In this document: piece by piece, positions 49,764-61,596 of the stretch | How positions within the stretch are numbered: the first letter of the stretch is position 1 | How the letters are laid out: each line of letters begins with the position of its first letter | NCBI GenBank assembly: GCA_963796105.1 | Contig: CAWCKJ010000004.1 | Location: forward strand, 416,001 to 480,000 | From: a candidate division FCPU426 bacterium | GTDB lineage: Bacteria > Oederibacteriota > Muellerivitia > Muellerivitales > Muellerivitaceae | Direction of reading: 5' to 3' | DNA: 64,000 bases | Notes under the pieces: model-generated | The model's database searches: none | What the model saw: only the letters and a program-made list of their open reading frames with translations | Told to the model about the DNA's origin: nothing | Translations under genes and position numbers: made by a program

Positions 49764-51437
49764 ATGCCGAACGCTCCCGAAAATGCCGCGGCTTTCCCGC
49801 CCTCCCGTTCGAGGGTGAAACCGAACGCGCCCTCCCTCCCTTGGTTTACCCGGGGGGACTTGGACGGCTTCTTCGGCCTTTTCATCGACAATCTCCTCCA
49901 GCTCATGCTGGTCATGGGCCTCTGCAAGGCCTTTTGCGGGCTTCCCGCTGATTTCATCGCGGGCCATATCCTTCCCGGCGCCGCCATTTCCATCCTATTG
50001 GGAAACCTTTTTTACGCCTGGCAGGCCCGCCGTTTGGCCATCGCCACCGGCCGTCCCGACGTGACCGCGCTACCCTTCGGCATCAACACCCCCAGCCTGA
50101 TCGCCTTCATCTTCCTGATCATGGCGCCCATCTACCAGGAAACGCACGACTCCCACCTGGCCTGGCAGGCCGGCCTCTTCGCTTGTTTCCTGAACGGGGT
50201 CATGGAATTCGCAGGCGCCTTCGTGGGGGACTGGCTCAGGCGAAACACGCCGCGCGCCGCCCTGCTTTGCGCCCTGGCCGGCATCGCCATCACCTTCATC
50301 GCAATGGGTTTCGTCTTCCAGATCTTCGCCTCCCCCCTCGTGGGACTCCTACCCATGATGCTGATCCTTCTTTCCTATTCCTCGAGGATCAAATGGCCCT
50401 TTTCCATCCCCGGGGGTTTCCTGGCGGTCCTGTTGGGAACCCTCCTGGCCTGGGCCTTCCACGCCATCATCGGGATTCCCCTGAATATTTCCTCCGACCC
50501 GATCCAATGGTCCTTCTACCCGCCCCAGCCAGTCCCCAACGACCTCTTCGCGCTTCTTGCGAGCCCCCTGGGCTGGAAATACCTGGCGGTCATTTTCCCG
50601 ATGGGTCTCTTTAACGTCATCGGGTCCCTGCAGAACCTGGAGAGCGCCGAGGCCGCGGGCGACCGGTACCAGACCAAGTCCTCCCTCATGACCAACGGCG
50701 TGGCCACCCTGGCGGCGGCCCTCCTGGGAAGCGCCTTTCCCACCACAATTTATATCGGCCATCCCGGGTGGAAGGCCATGGGCGCCAGGCACGGTTATTC
50801 CATCCTGAACGGGGTCATCATCACCCTGCTTTGCCTTTTCGGGGGCATCAGCCTGTTCCTCAAGGTGATCCCCCAGGAATGCATCCTGGGAATCCTTCTT
50901 TGGGTGGCCATCATCATCACCGCCCAGGCCTTCCAGGAAATCCCCAAGGACCACGCCCTGGCGGTGGCTTTCGGCCTGATTCCCGCCTTCGCGGCGTTCG
51001 TCCTTCAGATCGTGATCGAGCCCACCCTGGCCATCTCGGGGTCCTCGCTTTTCGCGGCCGCGGACAAGTTCGGGAGCATGCTTTACATCCGGGGAGTCAT
51101 CTTCCTCAGCCAGGGGTTCCTGCTGACCTCCATGATTTTCGCGGCCATCATGGTTTACATGATCGAGAGGAAATTCCTGAAGGCCAGCGAATGGACCTTC
51201 GCGGCTTCCATATTGTCTTTCATAGGACTAATCCACGCCTACCGCCTGACCGAAACGGGCCTCCAGAACAAATTCGGTTTCACCGCCGCCCCGGAGTTCG
51301 GCATCCTGTACCTGCTGGTGGCGGGAATCCTGTTGATCCTCCACTACAAGCAAAAATCGGACACGAAACCCTCCCGCCGGCAGAAAGCCAAAAAAGCCGA
51401 GCCAGAGTCCCCCAAAAGATCCGTCAGTTACCTTTAA
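49764..51437 (+). CDS. NCS2-family (xanthine/uracil-type) permease
   Basis: GDLDGFFGL..DN, TALPFGINTP, ESAEAAGD.Y, YIGHPGWK; many TM helices. Confidence 0.85.
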   Translation: MPNAPENAAAFPPSRSRVKPNAPSLPWFTRGDLDGFFGLFIDNLLQLMLVMGLCKAFCGLPADFIAGHILPGAAISILLGNLFYAWQARRLAIATGRPDVTALPFGINTPSLIAFIFLIMAPIYQETHDSHLAWQAGLFACFLNGVMEFAGAFVGDWLRRNTPRAALLCALAGIAITFIAMGFVFQIFASPLVGLLPMMLILLSYSSRIKWPFSIPGGFLAVLLGTLLAWAFHAIIGIPLNISSDPIQWSFYPPQPVPNDLFALLASPLGWKYLAVIFPMGLFNVIGSLQNLESAEAAGDRYQTKSSLMTNGVATLAAALLGSAFPTTIYIGHPGWKAMGARHGYSILNGVIITLLCLFGGISLFLKVIPQECILGILLWVAIIITAQAFQEIPKDHALAVAFGLIPAFAAFVLQIVIEPTLAISGSSLFAAADKFGSMLYIRGVIFLSQGFLLTSMIFAAIMVYMIERKFLKASEWTFAASILSFIGLIHAYRLTETGLQNKFGFTAAPEFGILYLLVAGILLILHYKQKSDTKPSRRQKAKKAEPESPKRSVSYL

Positions 51438-51474
51438 TGCTTTTAGACCCGGGATTTATCCACGAGGCGAGCGA

Positions 51475-53577
51475 GTGTTAACCCCTCATCCCCTTTCCGC
51501 CGGATACGGCCATAACCGCTTCCTTTACTTACTTTATTTTTTAGTTTTCAATCTCACCCTTTCCTGCCTCAGCCTAAGCTCGTCCTCCCAATTGATCCTG
51601 GCTTTGATTGGATTGGGCTTTCCATTTTGGGTGGCCTTGAAAACTCCGGCCTTGCCCAGTGCTGAACCTCTTTTCGCCGGGGAATCACAAACGAAAATAC
51701 CCAAATGGGCGATCCTGGCGGTCTTGGCCGCGGCTGTGGTCCTGCGTTTCATCGGGCTCCAATCCATTCCAGGATGGCCCAACCTCGACGAGGGATGGAT
51801 CGGGACATTGGCCCTGGAATTAAGCCGTCATTGGCAATGGAAATTCTTTTTCACTTTCGGCCAAAGCCCCCCCTTGACGGTTTGGCTGGTGGCTATCCTG
51901 TTTCGTCTCGGAATGAATCCGTTTCTTTCCCTTTGGCTTCCCGCGGCTTTGGTTTCGGCATTGACGCTTCTAGCGGGATATTGGGCCGCCAAGCGCTTCC
52001 TCCCGGGGATCCCCGCCTTCATCTTCACCTGCCTGATGGGCTTTTCCTATTGGCCCCTCCTGATGGGGAGGGTCTGTCACCAGGGAATTTCCATCCCTCT
52101 CTTTGAATTCCTTTGCCTTTTGGCCCTCAGGCCCTTCCTAGGTTCAGAGTATCCGTCCAACGGCGGCTCGAAGGCTTTTCTCCTGGGTTTATTAGCCGGT
52201 CTGGGTTCCATAAGCTTCACACCCTGGCTGGTCGTAAGTCTTCTTATCATCTCGGTCTTTTGGTTCCTTCCCGGAAAGGGGAGGACAAACCAACCCGGAA
52301 ATTTCTTCCGGTTCTTGACTGGATTGCTTTTAGGTTTTATCCCATTTCTCCTGGGCGTCTATTCACAGGGCTTTGGGAGTCATATTTCCTCCGTCGCGGC
52401 CTGGAGCGGCTGGTTTCCCTGGAAACACCAGGGCGCCACCCTTTGGCGTTATTTCACCTGCCTTTTCTGGGTAACCGACCCCGAGGACGCCTATACCCCG
52501 GTTCGCTGGGGCTTTCTGAATCCCATTCTGGGAGCATTTTTTTGGGTGGGATTGTTGGAGCTTGTTTCCAACCGTTCCAGGACCTGGGTGAAATGGTTTT
52601 TGGTTTCCATCCCCATCCTGATACTTCCAGGTATTCTCTCCATGAATGTGGAGGCTTTTCGGATCGTTCAGGTTCTTCCGCCACTTCTTTTCATCACGGC
52701 TCTTGGCATACATTCCTCGCTCGCGCCCCTTCTTCCTGGAAAGAAAGGCGCTGTCTTGGCCGGGGTCCTTCTTCTTTCAACCTCAATCGATCTCTATAAC
52801 TTGGTCCAGCCCCTCGCGGATTACAGGCAACATCCCGGGGATTTCGGCCGTCCCGTGAAATCAGCGGAAAGATTCGAGACTTACCAGCTCTTCGCGTCCG
52901 CGAGCCAAGATAAAGGCCCGGGCCTGGTCTTCACTGATTTCGACCCAAATTCGTACAATGATCCCACCCTTTCAGTGGCAGTCTACCCCTTCAACGCGGC
53001 TCGGAATTCAAGCTTGAACCCCCTTCAAGCGCGTTGGGCCGGCGTTTTTGTGAACGTCCATTTTCTCCCTTTCCTGAAAATACGGTTTCCCGAAGGCCGA
53101 TGGGAATGGGTCGGAAAGGGCATCCCGTCCCCCGACGGAGGCTACCTGGCGGGAGTGATCCCGGTCACGGATGAAAATCGGGCGCTCTTCCTTCGTTGGC
53201 TGTCCGCTCACGATGCCTTTCAAAAAGCCGACCTGGAAAGGTATTTTCAGGAAAGGGAAAATTTCGACTCCCTCCTGGGCGCACTCCGGGAGGCCGCCCC
53301 AGCCGTCTCGGGGGATCGTTTCCTGGAATCGGTCTATTGGAGAAAGACCGCGGCTTTTGACTATGGAAAGCTGGACCTGAATTCCCATCTGCGGGCCTAC
53401 CAGCAGGCGGCCCTCAAGGGCTACCCTACAGCCGATCTCTTCTATAACTGGGGCCAGTTATTTTTGACCCTAGGGAACCTGCCCGAGGCCAAGAAAGCCT
53501 TCGAATGGGCTGTCCGGGCGCCCCTGGATCTGACCCCGGCCAAGGAAGCGCTGAAGGCTTTAAATAGCCGGCCTTAG
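51475..53577 (+). CDS. GT-C (family 39-like) membrane glycosyltransferase with a C-terminal TPR
   Basis: LRF...DEG after the N-terminal TMs, PPL, multi-TM; YNWG...G...EA TPR at the end. Confidence 0.6.
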   Translation: MLTPHPLSAGYGHNRFLYLLYFLVFNLTLSCLSLSSSSQLILALIGLGFPFWVALKTPALPSAEPLFAGESQTKIPKWAILAVLAAAVVLRFIGLQSIPGWPNLDEGWIGTLALELSRHWQWKFFFTFGQSPPLTVWLVAILFRLGMNPFLSLWLPAALVSALTLLAGYWAAKRFLPGIPAFIFTCLMGFSYWPLLMGRVCHQGISIPLFEFLCLLALRPFLGSEYPSNGGSKAFLLGLLAGLGSISFTPWLVVSLLIISVFWFLPGKGRTNQPGNFFRFLTGLLLGFIPFLLGVYSQGFGSHISSVAAWSGWFPWKHQGATLWRYFTCLFWVTDPEDAYTPVRWGFLNPILGAFFWVGLLELVSNRSRTWVKWFLVSIPILILPGILSMNVEAFRIVQVLPPLLFITALGIHSSLAPLLPGKKGAVLAGVLLLSTSIDLYNLVQPLADYRQHPGDFGRPVKSAERFETYQLFASASQDKGPGLVFTDFDPNSYNDPTLSVAVYPFNAARNSSLNPLQARWAGVFVNVHFLPFLKIRFPEGRWEWVGKGIPSPDGGYLAGVIPVTDENRALFLRWLSAHDAFQKADLERYFQERENFDSLLGALREAAPAVSGDRFLESVYWRKTAAFDYGKLDLNSHLRAYQQAALKGYPTADLFYNWGQLFLTLGNLPEAKKAFEWAVRAPLDLTPAKEALKALNSRP

Positions 53578-53692
53578 CCACATCCCCCCATCTCTGGCCT
53601 CTGATGGGCAAGGTTCAAGCCCTCAAACGGTTGGTGAAATCAGAAAGAAATCCGGTTATCATGCCCCCTCAATTTCCCCAAGCGAGGATCAA

Positions 53693-54496
53693 GTGAGTTT
53701 TTTTAAATTTCTCCTGTTGGTCTTGTTCTTGTTTCCCATTTCAACCTTCGGGGACGAGGCTGAAAACGCTGCGGCCTCCGCCGCCGGACCCACGGATGTC
53801 GGCGCCATCCCGGAGTCGGCCTTCCATTGGAAGAAATCCTGCACCACTGAGGGGATCAACCTTTACTGGAGCAGGGTGGAAAACAGCCCCATCATCGCCT
53901 TCAAGGGCGACGGGATCGTGGATTCGCCCATCGAGAAGGTGGCCTCGGTCATGATTGACACCCACCGCGGGACGGAGTGGGTGGACAGTCTCCTCGAATC
54001 CCGCGTGATTCGGTCCATATCACCCACTGAGTTCATCGAGTATGACCACGTGGGCACCCCCTTCATCATGTCCAACCGGGATTTCGTCTCCCATGTTTTT
54101 GTCGAGGCGGATCCCAGGACGCGCCGGATGGTGGTGAAATTCCTCCCGGCGGAGGACCCCCTTGTGCCTCCCCTCAAAAAATACGTGAGGGGCGTGATGA
54201 CCTGCGTTTACAAGCTGGTTCCCATGACCTATTCGGACGAGACCTACGTGGAAGCCGAGATTCACTGCGATCCCAAGGGAGGGGTGCCGAAGTGGCTGGT
54301 CAATTGGTTCCAGGAAGGCTGGCCCGAGACCACATTCATGAACTTGCGCAAACAAATGCTGAAGCCCAACCAGATCGTCCTGCCCGTCGTGGAGGAATTA
54401 TTGAAAGCCCCTCCGGTAACCCTGGTCCAATCCGCCAAAACCCGGCCGCTCCGGCCCTTGACGCGCCGCGCCGCCAGCGCCACCGTTAACAACTGA
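53693..54496 (+). CDS. START-domain protein
   Basis: Signal peptide; RDFV; DPKGGVPKWLVN. Confidence 0.85.
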   Translation: MSFFKFLLLVLFLFPISTFGDEAENAAASAAGPTDVGAIPESAFHWKKSCTTEGINLYWSRVENSPIIAFKGDGIVDSPIEKVASVMIDTHRGTEWVDSLLESRVIRSISPTEFIEYDHVGTPFIMSNRDFVSHVFVEADPRTRRMVVKFLPAEDPLVPPLKKYVRGVMTCVYKLVPMTYSDETYVEAEIHCDPKGGVPKWLVNWFQEGWPETTFMNLRKQMLKPNQIVLPVVEELLKAPPVTLVQSAKTRPLRPLTRRAASATVNN

Positions 54497-54537
54497 ACGG
54501 TGTGTTGGTTTAAACAATTACGAAGCGGCGCCTTTTG

Positions 54538-56439
54538 TCACTGGGAAACGCCCACTTCCTTGATCGGCAGTTTCAAAGTGAACATCGCCCCCCGTGGCGA
54601 AACCCCCTCCGCCTGGATCTCTCCCCCGTAGCTCCGGGCCACTTTCTGGCAAACGGATAGGCCCAGGCCCGACCCGCCTTGCTTGGTGGTAAAAAAGGGC
54701 TCGAAGATCCGGCCCTTCACGTCCTCCGGAATGCCGGGGCCGTCATCCATCACCCTGAAGTTGAACCAACCCTCCGCTTTCCCGCATCCAAGCGTCAGCG
54801 ACCCTTCCTCCCCCATCGCCTGGAAGGCGTTCAAGATCAGGTTCACCAAAACCTGCTGGATACGGTGCTGGTTGACGTTCAAGGAAAGCATCCCCTTCTC
54901 GAATTCCCAATTGATCATAAACTTGGCGTTTTTGGGTCCGAATTGAACCTGGGCCAATCTCAGCGAGGCGTTGAAAAGATCCATGGCGTCCAGGACGCTT
55001 TTTTCCTCCATGGATTTGTCCCTGGTGTAGTCCAGGGTGTCGTTCACCAATTCCTTCAGCCTCTGGGTTTGTTCCAGGATGTTCCTCAGCTGCTCCTCCG
55101 CTTCCGGCATACCCTGGAGCTTTTGCATCAGGTATTGGGTGGAAAGGGATATTCCCGAAAGGGGGTTACGGATCTCATGGGCCATTCCCGCCGCCATTTC
55201 CCCGATGGTTCCGAGCCGCTCGTACTTGAGGAGCGCCTGTTCGGCTTTTTTCCGGTCGGTCAAGTCCCGTAACAACGCCACGGCCATCGGCTGGCCCTCG
55301 AACTGGATGGAAAAACTCAGGACCTCCACCGGGACCTGCTCCCTGTTCTTGCGGATGATCCTTCTCTCCGCGGGAGGGGCGTACCGGTCCCCCCTCGCCA
55401 GTTTCTGGACACGATCAATCACGGGTTCCCGGAATTCGGGGGGAATCAATATAAAGGGGGATCGTCCCAGCAGTTCCTCCTCTTTCTCAAACCCTGTCAG
55501 GCACAGGAAAGCCGGGTTGACGTAGTATATCTTGTCGAGGGAATGCACCATGATGGCGTCCGGGGAGAACTCGATCAAGTTGCGGAAATTTTCCTCCGAC
55601 CGTTTCAGGGCCTTTTCCGACGCCCTCTTTTCAGTGACGTCCCTTCCGTTCACGACAATGCCGGCCACCGAGGGATCATGAAGCAGATTGGTGACCGACA
55701 TCTCAAACAATCCGAAGGTCCCGTCCTTTTTTCGCACGTGTAATTCAGTGTTGATAGGCACCCCCGGTTGTGCCATGGTCCTGGACATCACCTCATGGGC
55801 CAGGGGCACTTCCGATTCGGGATGGTTGTTATAGGTGGTTCCACCACGCTCGCCCGGTTTGAAACCCAATATCCTTTCCAGGGAAGGGCTTTCGTATATT
55901 CTTTTTCCATCCTTATCCAGAATGGAGAATTGCTCATAGGCGTTTTCAACCAGCGCCCGGAATTTACGCTCCGATCTTTCCAAGGCCTCCTCGGCCGACC
56001 GCCTTTCGGTCATGTCCCGGAAATTCAGGATGATTCCCTTCATGATGGGATTCTTCAAGTGGTTGGTGGCCAAGGCCTCAATGGTGCGCCACTCGCCGTT
56101 GTTGTGCTTGATCCGCATTTGGGCGGAGACGGTGGCTCCCGGTTTATTGATCAAATCCTCGAATGACTTTCGGACGCGGGGTAAATCCTCCGGGTGGATG
56201 ATCTCAAAAAAGGACCGGCCCAACCGGTCCTGGATCCGGCGCCCCAGGATTTTCTCGTAGGAGGGGCTGATATAAGTGGACTTTCCGGATTGGTCAATCA
56301 AAGCGATGGCGTCTTGGGAATTCTCAATGAGGCTTCGGAATTTATCCTCGGAGAGCCTCAGACTTTTCTTTGGCTTTGGGTCCGATACGGTTTTTCGGGA
56401 ATGGATCTTTGATTTTTTTGATTTTTTCCTAATTTTCAT
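54538..56439 (-). CDS. PAS-domain sensor histidine kinase
   Basis: Three PAS domains; AHEIRNPL, NLILNA, DDGPG, FEPFFTTK, GSGLGL. Confidence 0.95.
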   Translation of the reverse strand: MKIRKKSKKSKIHSRKTVSDPKPKKSLRLSEDKFRSLIENSQDAIALIDQSGKSTYISPSYEKILGRRIQDRLGRSFFEIIHPEDLPRVRKSFEDLINKPGATVSAQMRIKHNNGEWRTIEALATNHLKNPIMKGIILNFRDMTERRSAEEALERSERKFRALVENAYEQFSILDKDGKRIYESPSLERILGFKPGERGGTTYNNHPESEVPLAHEVMSRTMAQPGVPINTELHVRKKDGTFGLFEMSVTNLLHDPSVAGIVVNGRDVTEKRASEKALKRSEENFRNLIEFSPDAIMVHSLDKIYYVNPAFLCLTGFEKEEELLGRSPFILIPPEFREPVIDRVQKLARGDRYAPPAERRIIRKNREQVPVEVLSFSIQFEGQPMAVALLRDLTDRKKAEQALLKYERLGTIGEMAAGMAHEIRNPLSGISLSTQYLMQKLQGMPEAEEQLRNILEQTQRLKELVNDTLDYTRDKSMEEKSVLDAMDLFNASLRLAQVQFGPKNAKFMINWEFEKGMLSLNVNQHRIQQVLVNLILNAFQAMGEEGSLTLGCGKAEGWFNFRVMDDGPGIPEDVKGRIFEPFFTTKQGGSGLGLSVCQKVARSYGGEIQAEGVSPRGAMFTLKLPIKEVGVSQ

Positions 56440-56618
56440 GGTCCATCCTTACCGTAGCGGAGCCAAGGAATGATGGGAAAAAGTGGGTTTTTAAACAAAA
56501 AAATAATTTTGCCATGTTTGTGATACCCAGAAGGAAAATATACTCAGCAAATATTGATAGTATATCTCTTATATCTCAGGGTCAATGAAGGACTTGGGAT
56601 TTCAGGAATCTAAGTGGT

Positions 56619-57095
56619 TTAATTGTCCTTGGGAATGACGCTGATCTGGCCGTTTTCCTCCAGCACCGCGAAGCGAACTTTTTCTACTTCCCCCACTCCG
56701 CTTCGCCGCAAAGCCCCTTGGAGGTCCTCCAGGGTGATTCTTTCCTTTTCCAGCCGTTGATGCAGGATCTTTCCGTTATGAACCAGCAGGGTAGGCCCCC
56801 CCTCCAGCAGGCGCCTCGCGGGTTTGAAACGGTAGGAGACTTCCACCACGATGTAATTCAAGAAGAGGATGGCCACGGCCCCGATCAGGCCCCCGCCGAG
56901 CGAGTTGTCGTTTCCGATGACCGCGTTCTGGACGACGTTGGAGATGATGAGAAGCACCACCAGGTCGAAAGGCGTCAACTGCCCCACCTGCCTTTTTCCG
57001 CTGAACCGGAAGGCTATCAGAAGGAACAGATAAACGACGAAGGACCGCAGTATTTTTTCCCAGATGGGAATGTCCGGAATCCATAAATGTCCCAT
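56619..57095 (-). CDS. DUF421 (YetF-like) membrane protein
   Basis: GKRQVGQLTPFDLV...LEENGQISV. Confidence 0.92.
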   Translation of the reverse strand: MGHLWIPDIPIWEKILRSFVVYLFLLIAFRFSGKRQVGQLTPFDLVVLLIISNVVQNAVIGNDNSLGGGLIGAVAILFLNYIVVEVSYRFKPARRLLEGGPTLLVHNGKILHQRLEKERITLEDLQGALRRSGVGEVEKVRFAVLEENGQISVIPKDN

Positions 57096-57144
57096 GAACC
57101 CTCCAAGAATCCTTCAGCACCTGTTAGTGCTTGAAACCCAATCC

Positions 57145-57531
57145 TCATCCCAGGGTGGCATCGGCCTCGATTTCCACCAGCATCTCGGCGTCGATCAGCC
57201 TCCCCACTTCCACGATGGTCGTGGCGGGGCGGATGTCCTTGAAAAACTCCCCATGGGCCTTGCCGTATTTTTCCCATTCATTGATTCGGGTCACGAACAT
57301 GCGGGTTCGCACCACGTGCTTCAGCGTCGCCCCGGCCTTTTGCAGGGCCGTCTCGATATTTTTCAGCGCCTGGGTCGTCTGGACATAGGGATCGCCGGGA
57401 CCCACGACCTTCCCGTCTGGGCCTGTGGCGGTCGTGCCTGAGACATGGATCTCGTTGCCCACCTTCACAGCGCGGGAATAACCCAGGATCGGCTCCCATT
57501 TGGAGCCTGTGCTGATATTTTCACGCGTCAT
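57145..57531 (-). CDS. RidA family protein
   Basis: GYSRAV, VSGTT, VVRTR, RPA, VEIEA. Confidence 0.92.
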   Translation of the reverse strand: MTRENISTGSKWEPILGYSRAVKVGNEIHVSGTTATGPDGKVVGPGDPYVQTTQALKNIETALQKAGATLKHVVRTRMFVTRINEWEKYGKAHGEFFKDIRPATTIVEVGRLIDAEMLVEIEADATLG

Positions 57532-57753
57532 GACACTCTCCTAGATTGAATTTAAAGTCTCTATTAAAACCGCAGACCATGCACAGTGGCGATTTCCACC
57601 ACACAGTTAGACGTTTTAAATCCTTTGATTATGGAGCTTTCCCATTCTGTGTCTCTGTGCGCCTCCGAAGGAGGCCTGTGGTGAAAGCCTTTTTGTTAGA
57701 AGTGCTTATTTAACACAACGCTGAAAAACAAAAAGGCGGGCACGGCTTATGAT

Positions 57754-58257
57754 TTATTTTTTCCGATCTAATATTTCCTTCACTTTTTCCTCGTCCATGA
57801 CCATGTACATCTCATAGCGGTGCAGGTTGGGGCCGTAATAATTCTGGGTAATGCGGTAGGTGACGAATCCCATTCTAACGAAAAACTCCACGCTGTTTTG
57901 GCTGGCGTCCAGGCGCACCACCTTCACCTTCGGGTCCCCCGCCAGGATGGAGAGGCGGTACTTGAGGAGAATCTCGTCCAGGTTCTGCCCGTGGAATTCC
58001 CGGTGGACCATTCCCCAGCAAAGGGTGGCGGACCCTCCGTCATCCCCCAAGCCGTAGCCCCCGCAGGCCGTGATTTTCCCGGCCCCATCCTCCACCACGT
58101 AAAAATTCTTAGGCTTCCCGTCCAAATACCCGATGAATTTTTCCCTCTCATCGGGAACGAAAAACTTCGGGGCGTTTCCATCGAAAATTTCGAGGCAGGG
58201 TTCTTTATCGGAAACCTGGTAGGGCCTGGGGCTGCCCTTATCCTCGAATGAAATCAT
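57754..58257 (-). CDS. GNAT family acetyltransferase
   Basis: ACGG, WGMVH...G, FFVRMGF. Confidence 0.82.
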   Translation of the reverse strand: MISFEDKGSPRPYQVSDKEPCLEIFDGNAPKFFVPDEREKFIGYLDGKPKNFYVVEDGAGKITACGGYGLGDDGGSATLCWGMVHREFHGQNLDEILLKYRLSILAGDPKVKVVRLDASQNSVEFFVRMGFVTYRITQNYYGPNLHRYEMYMVMDEEKVKEILDRKK

Positions 58258-58342
58258 GGTGGCTCCGTGAATCGCTTCCCGTCAAGAGCGCACTCGCGCT
58301 CGGACTGAAAAGAAAAATTGGATTATTCCGGCTCAAAGAATC

Positions 58343-58660
58343 TTAGGCTGCCCCGGTCTTGCGCGGGGCGTTCACCTGCTTCTGGAAATTAGCAGGAGCC
58401 TGGGGCCTGAGCGGCCCCCCTTTTTCATGCTTGTGGTGGTCGTGGGGATGGTCATGGCCCGCGTGGTCATGGCCCTCTTCTTTTTCCTCCGCCTTCGCCT
58501 TGGCGGCCGCGTCGGCGTTGGTCTTGGACAAGGCCCCGCTTTGCTCCTTCTCGTCCGCCTCGAGGTGGCATTTCTTGTATTTCTTGCCGGACCCGCAAGG
58601 GCAGGGCTCGTTCCGGCCCGTTTTTAATCTTTGTAGGTAATCCCCTTCCGCCATAACCAT
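58343..58660 (-). CDS. SEC-C motif protein with a His-rich tail
   Basis: [31 protein letters not shown]. Confidence 0.85.
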   Translation of the reverse strand: MVMAEGDYLQRLKTGRNEPCPCGSGKKYKKCHLEADEKEQSGALSKTNADAAAKAKAEEKEEGHDHAGHDHPHDHHKHEKGGPLRPQAPANFQKQVNAPRKTGAA

Positions 58661-58861
58661 TCTCCTTGAGTGATTCTTGAATTACGCGCCTCATTATACC
58701 GGAATAACCGGCAAGAAGTTAGAAACACCGGGCGAAGTTCGGCCATCCCCTTGATCCTCAAATTCCTCCCTTGGGCCTTTCCTTCGGGAAGCCTTCCGCC
58801 TAATATGTACGCCTAAAAACCAGCCCCTGACTGGGGCCCAATATTTCCCGGGGAGAACCAG

Positions 58862-60871
58862 ATGCCCAGGCCTTTCGACCCAGCCGACCAACTTGCCATT
58901 AACGCCATCAGGATGCTGGCCGTGGACGCCACGCGCAAGGCCAATTCGGGCCATCCCGGCATGCCCATGGGCATGGCCCCAGCCGCCCATGTCCTTTGGA
59001 GCCGCCATTTAAGCCATAATCCCTCGAACCCCCATTGGGAAAACCGGGACCGTTTCGTGCTTTCAGCCGGCCATGGCTCCATGCTCCTCTATTCTCTCCT
59101 GCACCTGCACGGCTATAACCTTTCCCTGGAGGACCTGAAAAATTTCAGGCAATGGGGCAGTAAGACCCCCGGCCATCCCGAGGTGGGCCACACCGAGGGT
59201 GTGGAAACCACCACCGGACCCCTGGGTCAGGGCATCGCCACGGCTGTCGGTATGGCCATAGCCGAGAGGGCGTTGGCCGCGCGGTTCGGAAACGACCTGG
59301 TGGACCACAGGACCTGGGTCATCGCCTCCGACGGCGACTTGATGGAGGGGGTTTCCCATGAGTCCTGTTCCCTGGTAGGCCACCTGAAGCTTTCCCGCCT
59401 GAAAGTCATTTACGACGACAACCACATTTCCATCGAAGGCGATACCAACCTGGCCTACAGCGAGGACGCCCTGAAGCGTTTCGAGTCCTATGGATGGCAC
59501 ACCCTGAGGGTGACGGATGGCAACGACCTGGAGGCGCTGGATAGGGCCATGGCCGAGGCCGAGGCGGAAACCAAGCGCCCCACCTTGATCGCGGTGCGCA
59601 CCCATATCGGTTACGGAAGCCCCCTGCAGGACAACCCCAAGGTCCATGGTTCCGCCATGCCTCCCGAGGACATCAAGAAAACGAAGGAATTTTTCAAGTG
59701 GCCCCAAGAGCCGACTTTTTATATTCCCGAAGAGGCGAAGAAGCGCTGCATGGAATCTGTGGAAAAAGGAAAGAAAGCCGAGGCGGAATGGAACGCCCGC
59801 AGGGACTCTTTCGCCAAGGCCCAACCAGCCCCCTTTCAACTTTACCAGGCGGCTCTTCACAAGGATTTGCCTGCGGATTTGACGAAAAAACTTCCGACCT
59901 TCCCTCCCGACACGAAGGGTATCGCCACCAGAACCGCCTCCGGCAAGGTCATCAATTTCCTCGCCAAGGAAATCCCCTTCCTGTTGGGTGGATCGGCCGA
60001 CTTGGCAGGTTCCAATGACACGCTCATTGACGGGGGCGGGGATTTCGAGGCCGACCAGTACCAGGGCCGTATATTCCATTTCGGGGTGCGCGAGCACGCC
60101 ATGGCCGCGGCCATGAACGGGATGGCCCTGCACGGGGGGGTCATACCCTTCGGCGGAACCTTTATGATGTTCAACGACTATATGAAACCCGCCTTCCGGC
60201 TGGCTCACTTGATGGGAGTCCAATCCATTTTCATTTTCACCCACGATTCCATCGGGCAGGGCGAGGACGGTCCGACCCATCAGCCGGTGGAGACTTTAGC
60301 CTCCATGAGGTCCACCCCCAATTCCTGCGTCATCCGGCCGGCCGATGCCAGCGAAGTACCGTTTGCCTGGCTCGTGGCTCTCGAGAGGAAGAACGCCCCC
60401 ACGACCCTGGTCTTTACCCGCCAGGCTGTTCCCACTTTTGACCGGGCCAGCCTTGGCCCAGCCTCAGGCCTATTGAAAGGGGTTTATATCCTGTCGGAAG
60501 CGAAGGGTGGAAAACCCCAGGTCGTTTTGATTGGAACCGGGTCCGAGGTTCAGCTATGCCTGAAGGCCCAGGAAATGCTGGCAACGGAAGGAATCCAAGC
60601 CCGTGTGGTCAGCGCCCCCTCCCTGGAATTGTTCGCCTCCCAGCCAGCTTCCTACCAGGACGAGGTTCTTCCCCCAACTCTTAAAGCCCGTGTCGTTGTG
60701 GAAGCGGCCGTATCCTTTGGCTGGCACCGTTGGGCCGGACCTCATGGTAAGTTCGTAACCCTGGACCGCTTCGGGGCCAGCGCCCCAGGCCCCATTGCCA
60801 TGAAAAACCTGGGTTTCACCCCAGAAAAAGTCGTCGCCTTCGCCAAGGAAAGCCTTAATTCCTTGAAATAA
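58862..60871 (+). CDS. tkt: transketolase
   Basis: [30 protein letters not shown]. Confidence 0.98.
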   Translation: MPRPFDPADQLAINAIRMLAVDATRKANSGHPGMPMGMAPAAHVLWSRHLSHNPSNPHWENRDRFVLSAGHGSMLLYSLLHLHGYNLSLEDLKNFRQWGSKTPGHPEVGHTEGVETTTGPLGQGIATAVGMAIAERALAARFGNDLVDHRTWVIASDGDLMEGVSHESCSLVGHLKLSRLKVIYDDNHISIEGDTNLAYSEDALKRFESYGWHTLRVTDGNDLEALDRAMAEAEAETKRPTLIAVRTHIGYGSPLQDNPKVHGSAMPPEDIKKTKEFFKWPQEPTFYIPEEAKKRCMESVEKGKKAEAEWNARRDSFAKAQPAPFQLYQAALHKDLPADLTKKLPTFPPDTKGIATRTASGKVINFLAKEIPFLLGGSADLAGSNDTLIDGGGDFEADQYQGRIFHFGVREHAMAAAMNGMALHGGVIPFGGTFMMFNDYMKPAFRLAHLMGVQSIFIFTHDSIGQGEDGPTHQPVETLASMRSTPNSCVIRPADASEVPFAWLVALERKNAPTTLVFTRQAVPTFDRASLGPASGLLKGVYILSEAKGGKPQVVLIGTGSEVQLCLKAQEMLATEGIQARVVSAPSLELFASQPASYQDEVLPPTLKARVVVEAAVSFGWHRWAGPHGKFVTLDRFGASAPGPIAMKNLGFTPEKVVAFAKESLNSLK

Positions 60872-61596
60872 ACTCAAAGTTGTCATTGCGAACCGCGAAT
60901 TTTGCGGGGTGCTTGAAGCGCGTTGGCCCTTTGGGCCAAGCGTGGTTGGCCGTAGGCCAACTACAACCCCAGTTTGAATAATCCCGTTCATTGGTGTCAT
61001 CTACCAACAGGGGTGCTAACCCATTAAACGGAACTGGGATAACCCGTTAAACGGAAGATAACCCGCCCACATTCTTGGGAACATCCGTCGGTAAAGGTGA
61101 TGAGGCCGCCCAAAAGTACGAGGAGGTCCTACTCCTGAATCCAGATGAATTTTTATACTCGGAATACGCGAGGGAACGCATCAAAAGAATTGGTTTTATC
61201 ACTCCCAAAAAAAAGGTTGGCGCAACTCCTATACCTACTATTGGCATCGATAAATGGCGTAAGTTTTTGGAATTTTCCTCACGATGGTGAATCACTAAAA
61301 GCCATGAGGCTTAGGACACCTTTGAACAAGACCGGCTTTACTCGATGATTTAATCGGGGTATTTTAAGCAAATAAAATTTGCATATTTATCGTGTAATTC
61401 GGGCTGAGTCTGCTATTCTTGTTGGGTCTAATCGCTTGTGCTTCATCGATTTAGCCATAAATCGAGTTTTGTTTTATTTGCCTCTGAAATTACTTTCATT
61501 GGAAGTTTTCACACCGGACTAATCAAATATCAATAAACCATGAGCAGCCAAATCCCAAAAAGCTGAACAACATTAAAGGAAAGGATTGTATTTTTT

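Noticed and set aside
61047..61348. Small ORFs between tkt and rho
   Set aside because: Only a TPR-like fragment on the plus strand without a convincing start; too weak to call
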